From positions 32,227-96,226 of the forward strand of contig JAKQPS010000113.1 of NCBI GenBank assembly GCA_029564595.1: a stretch of DNA of 64,000 bases, written 5' to 3'. Shown here in pieces: positions 29,033 to 38,991 of the stretch. A program made the translations under genes and the position numbers. Below the pieces are notes generated by a model. That model saw only the letters and a program-made list of their open reading frames with translations, made no database searches and was not told the DNA's origin. Position 1 is the stretch's first letter; each line of letters begins with the position of its first letter. The DNA comes from a bacterium. GTDB taxonomy: Bacteria > UBP15 > UBA6099.

Positions 29033-29850
29033 GCATGGCCGCTAAACATTTCGAGAACAAGACCGCTCTCATAACCGGGGGCAGCCGGGGGATAGGGCTT
29101 GCGGTGGCGCGCGAACTGTCGCGCAGAGGCGCCCGCTGCGCCATCGCCGCGCGCGGAGCCGAACGGCTCGAACGCGCCCGCGCCTCTCTCGCCTCAGACG
29201 GTTTCGACGTCCTCACTATTCAAGCAGACGTCGCGGACGCTGCGTCTTGCGCCGACATGGTCTCTCGCGCAGTCGCGGAGTTCGGGCGTCTGGACATCCT
29301 TGTAAACAACGCGGGCGTATCTATGCGCGCCAACCTCGAAGACCTCGACGCCGAAGCCTGCCGCTCGATGGTGGACATCAATCTGATGGGGTGCATATAT
29401 CCGACGCTCAGCGCGCTCGATCAACTGAAGAACAACAAAGGCAGTGTCGTCTTCACGTCCAGCATAGCGGGTCTGATAGGGCTGCCGACGGCGACGATAT
29501 ATTGCGCGACCAAGCACGCGCTTCGCGGATTCGCGGACGCGTTGAGGTGCGAGATCGGGCCGGACGGCGCGCATGTCGGCGTCGTCTATGTCGGGTTCAC
29601 TGAAAACGACCCTGAGAAGAAAGTGGTCAGCGCGGACGGAGGAGCCGTCCCGCCCGGCCCGGCGCACATGACACAGGAGCAAGTGGCGCGCGAGTTCGCC
29701 GAGCTAATCCGCCACCGGCGCTCCCGCGCCGTGCTTTCGCCAATCGGCAAATTGGCCGAGCTTGCCGGAAGGCTGTCTCCGGACATCGTCGGCGAAGCCA
29801 TCGTCTTCAGCCGCAAAACCAAACTCAACGAGCGCCTCGGCATATCCTGA
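29029..29850 (+). CDS. Classical short-chain dehydrogenase/reductase
   Basis: TGGSRGIGLAVA, NNAG, YCATK motifs. ATGA overlap with the upstream gene. Confidence 0.8.
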   Translation: MSMAAKHFENKTALITGGSRGIGLAVARELSRRGARCAIAARGAERLERARASLASDGFDVLTIQADVADAASCADMVSRAVAEFGRLDILVNNAGVSMRANLEDLDAEACRSMVDINLMGCIYPTLSALDQLKNNKGSVVFTSSIAGLIGLPTATIYCATKHALRGFADALRCEIGPDGAHVGVVYVGFTENDPEKKVVSADGGAVPPGPAHMTQEQVAREFAELIRHRRSRAVLSPIGKLAELAGRLSPDIVGEAIVFSRKTKLNERLGIS

Positions 29851-29950
29851 GATTTATGTTGCGCTGAAGCAATAATGCGCCGCTCATGGGCGCGGCTGAT
29901 GTTAGCAGGTAAAACGGTTGCCGCTTTCGCGGGAATGACGGCAATAAATA

Positions 29951-30133
29951 AACCCGAATCCGTCATTAGGATTCGGGAGCGATTGTTTAGAGCGGATGAA
30001 ATGCTAGGCGCAAGGCGCATTTTTGCAGTGAATAGAACTTATTGTTCATGAACAAAAAAATGTGGCGGCAACGAAGCAGTTCGCCGCTATGAAAATCGCC
30101 CCGGTTCGTCGGCTCTATCGACGAATCCGGGAT
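29951..30133 (-). repeat. Copy C (short variant, reverse orientation) of the structured intergenic repeat family
   Basis: The reverse complement aligns with the 5' and 3' modules of copies A and B (cccggattcgtcgatagagccgacgaaccggggcgattttcatagcggcgaac...; ...aatgcgcc..catccgctctaaacaatcgct..gaatcctaatgacggattcggg). Confidence 0.75.
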
Positions 30134-30216
30134 AAATGTTGCTTTTTTCTCTCTTGGCAGTATTCGGTTTAACGCGCAGTTTGAAATAATCCAGCGAAAT
30201 CAATGCCGTTTCATTA

Positions 30217-31125
30217 TTAACGTTCATCGAAACGGATTATCGTTTCCATCCCGTTGTGATCGCTAATCAGTCGTCCCGAAACCAACTCGTCGAACACCCA
30301 CCGCGCTGATTCTATGGTTATTTTCCAGTCCGACCCGTTCTCGTCGTAGAAAAGATGGTCCACATGGTCGAGATGAGCGCTGGCCATTTTTAGTTTTGAA
30401 TTCTGAAGGAGCCAATCGCAATCCTCTTCACCGGGATTGCAGTTGAAATCGCCGTGGATGATAACCGGCCGCCGCGTACCGCCTGAAAACCTCTCGACCG
30501 CCGCCATCATCTGCTTATAGTTCTCGATTCTCGGCTTGGGACCGAATCCCGCCTGCGCGTGCAGCGTGTAAATGTCTATCTCCAGCCCGCCGGGCAGAAC
30601 CGTGGTCGCGCCGAGAAATCCTTTATGGCTGAAAGCGTCAACTCCGAACTGCTCTTTCCATCTCTCGAAAACCGACCTCTGTATTTCGCCTTTTGAGAAA
30701 ATGTACAATCCGCTTCCTGTCGGGGACGTCGGCGAGCCTGTCCCCATGGCCACGAAATGGTTTTTCAGCCTGCGCGGAAAAACCTCTCTCTCCGGAATGA
30801 ACGCTTCCTGCAGCCCTATGACATCATAGTCTTTGATGAGCTTGGCGATGAGCGTGGCCCTTTTTTCCGTCGGAACCAGCAGGTTGCGGTCAAATGTTAT
30901 GAAATCCGGGAGCATACAGACGTTGTACGTCAGGAATTTCAAAGTGTGAGATTTCTTCGGCGACTGTTCCGCTGTTTCAGACGCCGACGCCGTCAACGGA
31001 ACCAAAACCGCCATTGCCGTAAAAACAGCGGAAACAATCAAAGCGATGCCATGTCTTTTCAGATTGGAGTTCAAGAGTCGGCAACCATCCTTTTCAACCA
31101 TGCGCTTCGGCGATGGCGATTTCAT
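30217..31125 (-). CDS. Secreted endonuclease/exonuclease/phosphatase (EEP)-family protein (sphingomyelinase-like)
   Basis: Signal peptide. EEP motifs YNVCMLP, GLQE, IIHGDFN, SDHNG. Confidence 0.65.
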   Translation of the reverse strand: MKSPSPKRMVEKDGCRLLNSNLKRHGIALIVSAVFTAMAVLVPLTASASETAEQSPKKSHTLKFLTYNVCMLPDFITFDRNLLVPTEKRATLIAKLIKDYDVIGLQEAFIPEREVFPRRLKNHFVAMGTGSPTSPTGSGLYIFSKGEIQRSVFERWKEQFGVDAFSHKGFLGATTVLPGGLEIDIYTLHAQAGFGPKPRIENYKQMMAAVERFSGGTRRPVIIHGDFNCNPGEEDCDWLLQNSKLKMASAHLDHVDHLFYDENGSDWKITIESARWVFDELVSGRLISDHNGMETIIRFDER

Positions 31126-31137
31126 TGTTAAGAGCGA

Positions 31138-32334
31138 TTATTTGAAAACTTTTACAATAATGCCCAAGGCCTCTTCTATCTGGTCTTTCGTAATTATAAG
31201 AGGCGGAGCGAATCTGATGATGTCGGGCCGGGCGTCTTTGGCCAGCAGCCCGGCGTCGAGCAACTCAAGCGATTTGTCATGAGCGACAGGTTTTTCAAGA
31301 ACCACGCCGACAAGCAGTCCTTTGCCACGAACCAGAGAAACGCCGGGAAGCTTAAGCTCCCGAAGGCGGGACATGAAAAATTCTCCCATAATCGCGGAGT
31401 TCTCGACCATTTTTTCATCCCGCAGCGCGTCCATCGCGGCTATCGCAACAGCGGCGGCGAGAGGGTTGCCGCCGAACGTGCTTCCATGCGTGCCATGAGT
31501 GAAAACGCTCATCACGTTCTCGTTCGCGCAGACTGCGGACACCGGAAGAACGCCTCCGCCCAGAGCTTTTCCGAGCGTGACTATGTCGGGCCGGATTCCG
31601 TAATGCTCGAAGCAGAACATTTTTCCCGTGCGCCCGAGCCCGGTCTGAATCTCGTCTAGGCACAAAAGAACGTTGCGCCTGTCGCAAATCTCCCGTACGC
31701 GGGCCAGATAGTCGTCTGGAGGGACCACCACCCCGCCCTCTCCCTGTATCGGCTCAAGCAGAACGCCCGCCGTGTCCTCGGTAATAGCGGCCTCAAGAGC
31801 GGCGGCGTCCCCGAACGGGACGATGTCGATTCCGGGAAGAAGCGGGCCGAAGCTTTTCTTAGTCGTATCGCTGGTGGACATGCTGATGGCGGCTATGGTG
31901 CGGCCGTGAAAGTTGTTGGCGGCGGCGATAATTCCAGCGCGGCCGTCGGGGACGCCCTTGATTTCGTGCGCCCATTTGCGCATCGCCTTAAGCGCCGTCT
32001 CGACCGCTTCCGCCCCAGTGTTCATGGGCAACGCCTTCTCGAACCCCGTCAGCGCGCACAATTTTTCGAGGAACGGCCCAAGCATGTCATTGTGAAACGC
32101 CCTAGATGTGAGGGTCGCCCGCCCGGCCTGCTCTATCAGCGCCTTAACTATTTTAGGATGCCTGTGCCCGTGGCTCATCGCAGAGTACGCGCTCAGCATG
32201 TCCATATACCTGCGCCCCTCCGGATCCCACACGTATACGCCTTCGCCTTTCGATATGCACACCGGGAGTGGCTCATAGTTTCGCGCGCACCACTTATCCG
32301 CAAGCTTCATCAGTCTTTCGCTTTCGCTGCCCAT
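31138..32334 (-). CDS. Ornithine/acetylornithine aminotransferase (class III PLP)
   Basis: Class-III aminotransferase signatures (LCLDEIQTGLGRTGK, TLGKALGGG). Closest in feel to ornithine-oxoacid transaminase. Confidence 0.8.
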   Translation of the reverse strand: MGSESERLMKLADKWCARNYEPLPVCISKGEGVYVWDPEGRRYMDMLSAYSAMSHGHRHPKIVKALIEQAGRATLTSRAFHNDMLGPFLEKLCALTGFEKALPMNTGAEAVETALKAMRKWAHEIKGVPDGRAGIIAAANNFHGRTIAAISMSTSDTTKKSFGPLLPGIDIVPFGDAAALEAAITEDTAGVLLEPIQGEGGVVVPPDDYLARVREICDRRNVLLCLDEIQTGLGRTGKMFCFEHYGIRPDIVTLGKALGGGVLPVSAVCANENVMSVFTHGTHGSTFGGNPLAAAVAIAAMDALRDEKMVENSAIMGEFFMSRLRELKLPGVSLVRGKGLLVGVVLEKPVAHDKSLELLDAGLLAKDARPDIIRFAPPLIITKDQIEEALGIIVKVFK

Positions 32335-32463
32335 GCAAAGTTGATCCCATCTTAAAATATTAGGCCGCGCAGACCTTCGCGCGACCCCGAATAATATACA
32401 TCATTGATGGTTTTTTTTCATCAATTCCGCGTTCCGCGGCGTTCACGGTCTATAATTTCGATT

Positions 32464-33816
32464 ATGAGCGAACCGAAAGTGATATTGAGGCGCTGCGAGA
32501 CCGCCGACCCGGCGAGAATCAGAGCCATCATAGCGGAGTGTTTTGAGGAACTGCAGTTTCACCCGCGCGGGCGAACTCTCATAAAACCCAACGTCGTCAC
32601 CGCAAACAGGCAATACATACATCACTCGCACACTCACCCGGCAGTGACGGAAGCTCTAGCTCATCACCTGAAAACCCGACCCGAAGTATCGCAGATTACC
32701 ATCGGCGAATCCTCCGGCTTCGGCATACCTCCCGGACTTTTCATGCATGAGGCCGGTTACGACGCCCTCGCTCGTCGGCTCAAAGTGCGACTTGTCGATT
32801 TTAACGAGGACCGCGCGACTTGGGTGGACTTGAAGAAAGCCGTCGCTCAGAAAGGGTTCCACGTCCCCCGCTCCATCCTCGAAGCCGACACGAAAATCTG
32901 GGTCCCGAAACTGAAGTATCATATCTGTTGCGAAGTGACGAACGCGCTGAAGCTCAACATAGGAATCCTACAGCACCGGGACCGGATGGCCGTCCACGAC
33001 AACCGGCTCAACGACAAGATAGTGGATATGCTGGAAATCGGATATCCTGACTGCGTCGTCACGGACGCGATACACATCGGGCACGGGTTTGAGAGCGCGC
33101 CTCAGGGATTCCATCTCGGCCTGCTGCTGGTGTCGAACAATCCGCTAGCCGCAGACGCGGTCGCCGGCGCGGCCCTCGGTTACAAACCCGAAGAAATCGT
33201 TCATCTGCGCATCGCGCGCGACAGAGGCTACGGCTCAATTGACCTCGACGACATCAGTATTTCAGGGGACTATCCGCTGGATGAAATCATATCCAAGACA
33301 AAGGGGCTGACAAGCGAATATCAGGACATACTAGCGGTGGACACGCCGATAAAGTTTTATTGCGGAGACGCGCCGGAACACGAGCCGGAGAACGCTCCCT
33401 CGCCGAACTGTTCGCCGTCCGTGCGCAGGGAGTCCGACAGCGAGAACTTCTGTTACGGGGGCTGCCTCGCGGCGGTCAAAGGATGCCTCGGCACGATAGA
33501 CAAACGCCGCCCCGGCTCCGTCGCGCGCGCCCGCCCCGGCGCTGTCGTCACCGGCATCTACAAAGGCGATGTCATACATCCCGGCCAGACGGCTTTTCTC
33601 ATCGGCGACTGCTCCCGCGTTGACGGCAGGCTCGAAGCGAAACGCGTCATCAGGCTCGCCGGATGCCCCATAGGAGCCTCCAAGCTGCTGATAAAAATGC
33701 CGAGCGTCTTCAAGATGCCTTCCCCCATGAGCGACGCGCGCTCAGCCGCCCAGTTCATCTACTTCACCCTCCGCCACGCCCTAAGAAAACTCGCCCTCAA
33801 AATCATCCCCGGCTAA
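32464..33816 (+). CDS. DUF362-domain protein (Cys-rich C-terminal region)
   Basis: DUF362-like N-terminal region (LIKPNVV), then Cys clusters (CSPSV..CYGGC..C). ATG at 32464. Confidence 0.6.
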   Translation: MSEPKVILRRCETADPARIRAIIAECFEELQFHPRGRTLIKPNVVTANRQYIHHSHTHPAVTEALAHHLKTRPEVSQITIGESSGFGIPPGLFMHEAGYDALARRLKVRLVDFNEDRATWVDLKKAVAQKGFHVPRSILEADTKIWVPKLKYHICCEVTNALKLNIGILQHRDRMAVHDNRLNDKIVDMLEIGYPDCVVTDAIHIGHGFESAPQGFHLGLLLVSNNPLAADAVAGAALGYKPEEIVHLRIARDRGYGSIDLDDISISGDYPLDEIISKTKGLTSEYQDILAVDTPIKFYCGDAPEHEPENAPSPNCSPSVRRESDSENFCYGGCLAAVKGCLGTIDKRRPGSVARARPGAVVTGIYKGDVIHPGQTAFLIGDCSRVDGRLEAKRVIRLAGCPIGASKLLIKMPSVFKMPSPMSDARSAAQFIYFTLRHALRKLALKIIPG

Positions 33817-34041
33817 CAGCGCCGGTATCCGCGATTCGATTGTTCGAACCTGACTCGAACGCAAAACAAGCCCTATCAGGCAAGCATGTAAATGCAAAGT
33901 ATGTTATAACTCATCAGGCCATCGGCAAGCCCAATTCTCAACCGCAAAAACAATCTGAATTCCTGTTTCTCATATATAGTTCCCAAATGGTATGATCAAT
34001 CAACATGATATAGTAAAATATGAAATGAGAAACAATTGATT

Positions 34042-34491
34042 ATGAAAGATGACTTTGACATAAGTTTTCATATTCTTACTCAAATATCTGACGATTTTCA
34101 ACTTGAATATGAATTGTATTTTTGGCATTTGCAATATATTCACCTCAAAAAACATATTGGTTGCAAAGAACAGTATTTTGAATGCCGTTGCGGTTACGAT
34201 TCTTTGAAAGATCTTCTAAATGAGCTTTTCGACGATATGAATACTGATTTCAACACTTTCTTGTCATCACAAAAAGAAGTTCGCATTCTCGACGGTTTGT
34301 CAGAAGTTTTTGAAGACGCGCTCTCAGCATATGATTGGATGCAACTATTATACAAAGATGGGAAATGGAGAATTTCAAGTTTTTATAACATTGAAAAATA
34401 CAATAATAGTCAGATGAAAAATATGTCTACTAACTGGGATTTATCATTAAAAACCCTCTTGAGCAATTTGCCTTCTTTCGATGACATATGA
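34042..34491 (+). CDS. Hypothetical protein on AT-rich islet (about 33% GC)
   Basis: 150-aa ORF, acidic and Trp/Tyr-rich, no motif recognised. Confidence 0.45.
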   Translation: MKDDFDISFHILTQISDDFQLEYELYFWHLQYIHLKKHIGCKEQYFECRCGYDSLKDLLNELFDDMNTDFNTFLSSQKEVRILDGLSEVFEDALSAYDWMQLLYKDGKWRISSFYNIEKYNNSQMKNMSTNWDLSLKTLLSNLPSFDDI

Positions 34492-34679
34492 CCTTTCCTC
34501 ACAAAAGATTAAATCATTATTCAAACCACTCTAACCTCAACCGATATATTTGTTGTTTTGTCCGTTTCTGTGTTTTCATTTCTGCAACTATAAGATTCAT
34601 CATTGTGCGCGGTGATCGTTCTGGTTTTTGCGGGCTATGAAATTTGATTTTGGAAACAGTAATATAATGATGATTTCTA

Positions 34680-35048
34680 TTATAGCGTCATATTATCGCT
34701 TCGTCGTTGCAAATGGTCTGTAAGTTTTTTCAGAATATTCTCCAAGCGTTCATCGCTTATTCTTCCTAAGACGCCCTCAAGAAGGGCGGCTTCGACTGTC
34801 GCTAGTTTTCCTATGCGTATCAAGGACGCAATTTTCAAACCCGACGAATTAAAATCTGAATCATCCGTCGAAATCAATTCGTCCCAATCCTTGATGCTGT
34901 GTCGAAGTTGTGAGGTAACAGCGCATATCAGCCAGTCGTCGTATGGACCGGGCAAAGACGCCAGAACGACAATTGGATGGAATTTTCCTTTGTGAAGATC
35001 GGACTGAGGAAATCTTATGAGTGAAACTATGCCGGGACTTATGTTCAT
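34680..35048 (-). CDS. MazF/PemK-family type II toxin (mRNA interferase-like)
   Basis: Pattern G.IV...FP...GK.HP.VVL......DDWLICAVTSQ is typical of the PemK/MazF fold. 4-nt overlap with the upstream small gene. Confidence 0.6.
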   Translation of the reverse strand: MNISPGIVSLIRFPQSDLHKGKFHPIVVLASLPGPYDDWLICAVTSQLRHSIKDWDELISTDDSDFNSSGLKIASLIRIGKLATVEAALLEGVLGRISDERLENILKKLTDHLQRRSDNMTL

Positions 35049-35269
35049 TTTCTTTCTTTCAGGTCATCAATAGCGTATTCAACTTCCTCGGGATTGCGCC
35101 AGAAATCAAAAGCTCCGGATTCGAGAGCAAGAATTCCCCACTTCGTTTCTCCCGCTGTTCCGGGCGCGGCGCTTTCTTTTTCAAGAGAAATGATGAACTT
35201 AAGAACAGCGCCGAGCCTTTCTTCCGTCATCCTTTCAATTTCGCTGATGACTCTATCCTTTATTCTCAC
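35045..35269 (-). CDS. Putative cognate antitoxin (74 aa)
   Basis: Small acidic protein immediately upstream of the toxin and overlapping it. Confidence 0.5.
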   Translation of the reverse strand: MRIKDRVISEIERMTEERLGAVLKFIISLEKESAAPGTAGETKWGILALESGAFDFWRNPEEVEYAIDDLKERK

Positions 35270-35532
35270 AATTTATCACCTCATAATGGCATTATACAAC
35301 GCAAGTCCCGATGAAGCAAAAGCATTACATTTTCTGCAGAGATATCATCCTTCCGCTCCCTATGCTTAGACATAATCGATTTGTTATTGTCTTTGGTGAG
35401 AGGCTGAGGCAATCGGCGAAGCAGACGCGCGCGGAGGGACGACTAACAGAAAAGCTTCGCGACTGTTCGGTCGCGAAGCTTTTTGATAGATTGCGCTATG
35501 TCAATGTTTGCGTTTTGCCGGGCGATGCTCGG

Positions 35533-37083
35533 TTATTTCGGCATCTCGACGACGATGAATCTGTTGTAGCCTCTTCGTTCGATTACGAGAAGAATTTCAA
35601 CTGGCTCGTCGCCTTTGCGGCCCTTCGAAACGTCTTTGATAATCTCGCGCAGGTCGGAGGGCGTTTCGACTTCTTTTCTGTCGGCTTTGATGATAATGTC
35701 GCCCTGCATGATGCCGGCTTTGTCCGCCGGGCCGTTCGGCTCGACCCCCGCCACGACGACGCCTTTTTCCGTTTTCGCTTCAAGCTGCTTTGCCGTCTTC
35801 GCATCCAGCGACTGCAACTGCATTCCGAGCGAAGTCTTTGCGTCGTCTTTTTTAGGTTGCGAGGCGTCGGCGGTCTCGTCGGGCCGTTCGTCGAGTTTTA
35901 CGTTCAGTTTCACTTTTTTGCCGTCGCGCATGACGGTCACTGTCGCCTTTGCGCCTTTGCCGAGTTTCGCCACTTCTTTCTGTAGCTGTTTGACATTCTT
36001 GATGTCGATGTCGTTCAGCTTGATTATTACGTCTTCGACCTTCATGCCTGCTTTGTCAGCGGGAGCGTCGGGGATTATGTTTGTGACGATGGCGCCGTCT
36101 TTTGATTCAATCTTCAACGCGCGAGCCAACTGTTCGGTAATGTCGTCAATGTAGATGCCGAGATATCCGCGAGAAACCGTTCCTGTCTCAATAAGCTGCT
36201 CGAACACTTCGCGGGCCATGTTGATTGGGATGGCGAAGCCGATGCCGATATTGCCCGAACCGCCGCCCATAATCCCGCCGCCGTTGGAGTAGATGGCGGT
36301 GTTGACGCCGATGACCTCGCCCCGGATGTTCACGAGCGGTCCGCCGCTGTTGCCGGGATTTATGGCGGCGTCGGTCTGTAGAAAATCGTCGTAAGGCCCC
36401 TGCCCTATGACGCGCCCGCGCGCGCTGATTATCCCGGCGGTCACCGTGCTTTCCAGCCCGAACGGGTTGCCGAACGCTATGGCCCACTCGCCGATTCTAA
36501 CCTTGTCGCTGTCGCCTATCGGCGCGGCGGCAAGCTGCCTGTCCGCCTTTATCCTTATAACCGCAATGTCCGTCAACTGGTCGGCTCCGACCAGTTCTGC
36601 GTCATATTCTTTTTCGTCGCCGGGAATTTTAACTATGATTTCATCGACGTCTTTGACGACGTGGGCGTTGGTGAGGATATAGCCGTCCGACTTGATGATG
36701 AAGCCGGAACCGAGGCTGGTCTGTTTGAATTCCTGTTTCTGGTTCTGCTGCTGGCGTCTGCCGCCGAAAAACTTTTCCATCATGTCGTCGTCTTCGCCGA
36801 AGGGGTTTGAAAACCCGAAGAAAGGATGCGAGCGCATCTCGACGATTTTGGCCGTGTTGATGTTGACCATGCTCGGTTTAATAAGGTCTGCGACCCGAAC
36901 GAAATCGTTCTGGACGTCGAGAGCCGCCGCCGAGGGTTGCAAGGCTTTGCCGTCCACGCCGCCCTTTGACGCGTCCGCCGCGTTGGAAATCGGTATCAGG
37001 TCCAACCGCGCCGCAATCACAAGGCCGATCATAATCCCCATGATCAGCGTCGCCACCAATGCAATTCTCGTCTTCGTTTTCAT
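35533..37083 (-). CDS. DegP/HtrA-family serine protease with two PDZ domains
   Basis: Catalytic triad context (TNAHVV, D, GNSGGPLVN) and two PDZ domains. Start taken at MKTKTRIAL to avoid overlap with the response-regulator gene. Confidence 0.85.
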   Translation of the reverse strand: MKTKTRIALVATLIMGIMIGLVIAARLDLIPISNAADASKGGVDGKALQPSAAALDVQNDFVRVADLIKPSMVNINTAKIVEMRSHPFFGFSNPFGEDDDMMEKFFGGRRQQQNQKQEFKQTSLGSGFIIKSDGYILTNAHVVKDVDEIIVKIPGDEKEYDAELVGADQLTDIAVIRIKADRQLAAAPIGDSDKVRIGEWAIAFGNPFGLESTVTAGIISARGRVIGQGPYDDFLQTDAAINPGNSGGPLVNIRGEVIGVNTAIYSNGGGIMGGGSGNIGIGFAIPINMAREVFEQLIETGTVSRGYLGIYIDDITEQLARALKIESKDGAIVTNIIPDAPADKAGMKVEDVIIKLNDIDIKNVKQLQKEVAKLGKGAKATVTVMRDGKKVKLNVKLDERPDETADASQPKKDDAKTSLGMQLQSLDAKTAKQLEAKTEKGVVVAGVEPNGPADKAGIMQGDIIIKADRKEVETPSDLREIIKDVSKGRKGDEPVEILLVIERRGYNRFIVVEMPK

Positions 37084-37084
37084 G

Positions 37085-37477
37085 TCATTCTCCTCCGTTG
37101 CCACCGGATTCAAAGTCCGGTTCCACAATCTGCCTGACCGCGCTAATGAGCGGGTCGGTGTTCGAGCTTTTTTCCACCCAAGACGTGGCGTGGTGCGCCC
37201 TGAAATCCATCTTGAACAGCGGATAAGCCGTGTTCACAATCACCGGAGTGCCCCCGTTAAGCCTCGATATCTCCCCGATGACTTCAAGCCCGTCCTTTTC
37301 CGGCATCCCGATATCAAGAATAACAAGGTCGGGGCAATGAATCTTGGTCATTTGCAGAGCTTCCACGCCGTCCGCCGCCGTCACCACCGCATATCCCTCG
37401 CACTCGAATTCCATCTTGTACAGTTCCCTAATATCCCTGTTGTCGTCCGCAATCAAAAGTGTCGCCATTTCAATCAT
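37085..37477 (-). CDS. Single-domain response regulator (CheY-like receiver)
   Basis: LLIADDNRDIRE, phospho-acceptor D in LVILDIGMP, K in PVIVNTAY. Confidence 0.75.
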   Translation of the reverse strand: MIEMATLLIADDNRDIRELYKMEFECEGYAVVTAADGVEALQMTKIHCPDLVILDIGMPEKDGLEVIGEISRLNGGTPVIVNTAYPLFKMDFRAHHATSWVEKSSNTDPLISAVRQIVEPDFESGGNGGE

Positions 37478-37706
37478 TTCCCTTAATCTGACAGCCGCGC
37501 GGGCAGAAAGTTTCGCGCGCCGCAATCTTTTTCAGACAAATTCCCCGAACCGTCTGAAGTGTGAACGCTGTGATAGATTATAAAATCAAATCAGAAAATG
37601 TAAAATGCATCGGTCTTGCGGGCGGAGCAAGAGAGCCGTAGGAATCTCCGGATATTTAGGTTTGACACCGCCTGCGCCCTGTGCTAGATTGACTGCGAAA
37701 AGGATT

Positions 37707-37808
37707 GGAAGCTGAAATGAGCGGAACAACAATGCAACCGGATAATAGGCGCGCATTTTGGAGCGGCTATTATTATTATTTCTGGGGTCACCCCACGGTT
37801 GCGCGGTT
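37707..37808 (+). promoter_or_regulatory. 33-codon leader ORF MSGTTMQPDNRRAFWSGYYYYFWGHPTVARLSR (aromatic-codon run)
   Basis: Read directly from the sequence. Not in the ORF track because it is under 60 aa. Shine-Dalgarno-like GGAAG/AGGA upstream, and a terminator follows. Confidence 0.5.
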
Positions 37809-37832
37809 GAGCCGCTGAGATTCAGCGCCCGA

Positions 37833-37867
37833 CCGAAAACACAACCGCGGGGCGGCATCAAACCCCG
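37833..37867 (+). terminator. Intrinsic terminator/attenuator hairpin aaccgcgggg-N10-ccccgcggtt followed by UUUUUU
   Basis: 10-bp GC-rich stem plus T-run. Lies between the leader ORF and the DAHP synthase start. Confidence 0.6.
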
Positions 37868-37936
37868 CGGTTTTTTCGTTTGTAAAAAAAAACGCGGGGA
37901 GAACGACTCCGTCCCGGGCGCAAATGGAGGCGCGAA

Positions 37937-38962
37937 ATGATTATCATTCTTTCTCACAAGGCAACGGACAACAACAAGAATTCGGTGATCGACCGGCTCA
38001 AAAAAATGGGCTACAAAGTCGATATCTCAGAAGGCAAAGAGCGTACCCTTATCGGCGCGGTCGGCTCGAACGTGGAGAACAAGAACGAGGTCATGGCGCA
38101 ATTCATGTCTTTGCCCTTCGTGGAAAACGTCGTGCCGATTCTCAAGCCGTACAAAATGGTGAGCCGGGAAATAAGGGAGCGTTCCGTTATCAAGGTGAGG
38201 GACGGGATAGAAATCGGCGGAAAAGAGATAATGCTGATGGCGGGGCCGTGCGCGGTGGAAGGCGAAGCGCTGATGATAGAGTGCGCTCACATGCTCAAAG
38301 CCGCCGGGGTAAAAATCCTCAGGGGCGGCGCGTACAAACCCCGCACTTCCCCGTACAGCTTTCAGGGCTACGAGGAGAAGGGATTGAAGATGCTGGCAAA
38401 AGCGAGCGAGGAAACCGGGCTGGCTATTATCACCGAAGTCATTCAGGGGCGGGACGTGAAAAAAGTCGCCAACTACGCTGACATACTGCAAATCGGGGCG
38501 CGCAACATGCAGAACTTTAATCTGCTCAAGGAGTGCGGCAAAGTGGATAAACCGGTGCTGCTGAAGCGCGGGTTGTCGGCGACAATCGAGGAATGGCTGC
38601 TGGCCGCCGAATACATCGTCAAAGAAGGCAACCCGAAGGTGATGCTGTGCGAACGCGGGATAAGGACTTTCGAGACTTATACGAGGAACACGCTGGATTT
38701 GAACGCGGTGGCGGCGGCGAAATCGCTCACGCATCTGCCGGTGGTCGCCGATCCGAGCCATGGAACGGGACGCTGGGAGCTTGTGTCGCCTATGGCAAAA
38801 GCCTCCGTCGCGGCGGGCGCGGACGCTCTTATAATTGAAGTCCACCCCCGCCCGGAAGAGGCTTTCAGCGACGGACAGCAGACGCTTAACTTCAAACATT
38901 TCAAACAGATGAAAAAAGAGTTGAAACCTGTGGCGGCGGCCGTCGGAAGAACGCTAAAATAG
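37937..38962 (+). CDS. 3-deoxy-7-phosphoheptulonate (DAHP) synthase, class I-beta with N-terminal regulatory domain
   Basis: Roughly 75-aa N-terminal ferredoxin-like/ACT-like domain, then the KDO8PS/DAHPS I-beta barrel ([25 protein letters not shown]). Confidence 0.85.
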   Translation: MIIILSHKATDNNKNSVIDRLKKMGYKVDISEGKERTLIGAVGSNVENKNEVMAQFMSLPFVENVVPILKPYKMVSREIRERSVIKVRDGIEIGGKEIMLMAGPCAVEGEALMIECAHMLKAAGVKILRGGAYKPRTSPYSFQGYEEKGLKMLAKASEETGLAIITEVIQGRDVKKVANYADILQIGARNMQNFNLLKECGKVDKPVLLKRGLSATIEEWLLAAEYIVKEGNPKVMLCERGIRTFETYTRNTLDLNAVAAAKSLTHLPVVADPSHGTGRWELVSPMAKASVAAGADALIIEVHPRPEEAFSDGQQTLNFKHFKQMKKELKPVAAAVGRTLK

Positions 38963-38991
38963 GTTTGCTTTCGCGGGCTAACCGGCATTAT

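Noticed and set aside
33838-33870. Possible tRNA 3' fragment (ttgttcgaacc) at the edge of the second AT-rich islet
   Set aside because: It contains only a TTCGAAC core. There are no acceptor-stem or anticodon-arm partners, so I cannot support a tRNA or tRNA-derived att site from the sequence alone.
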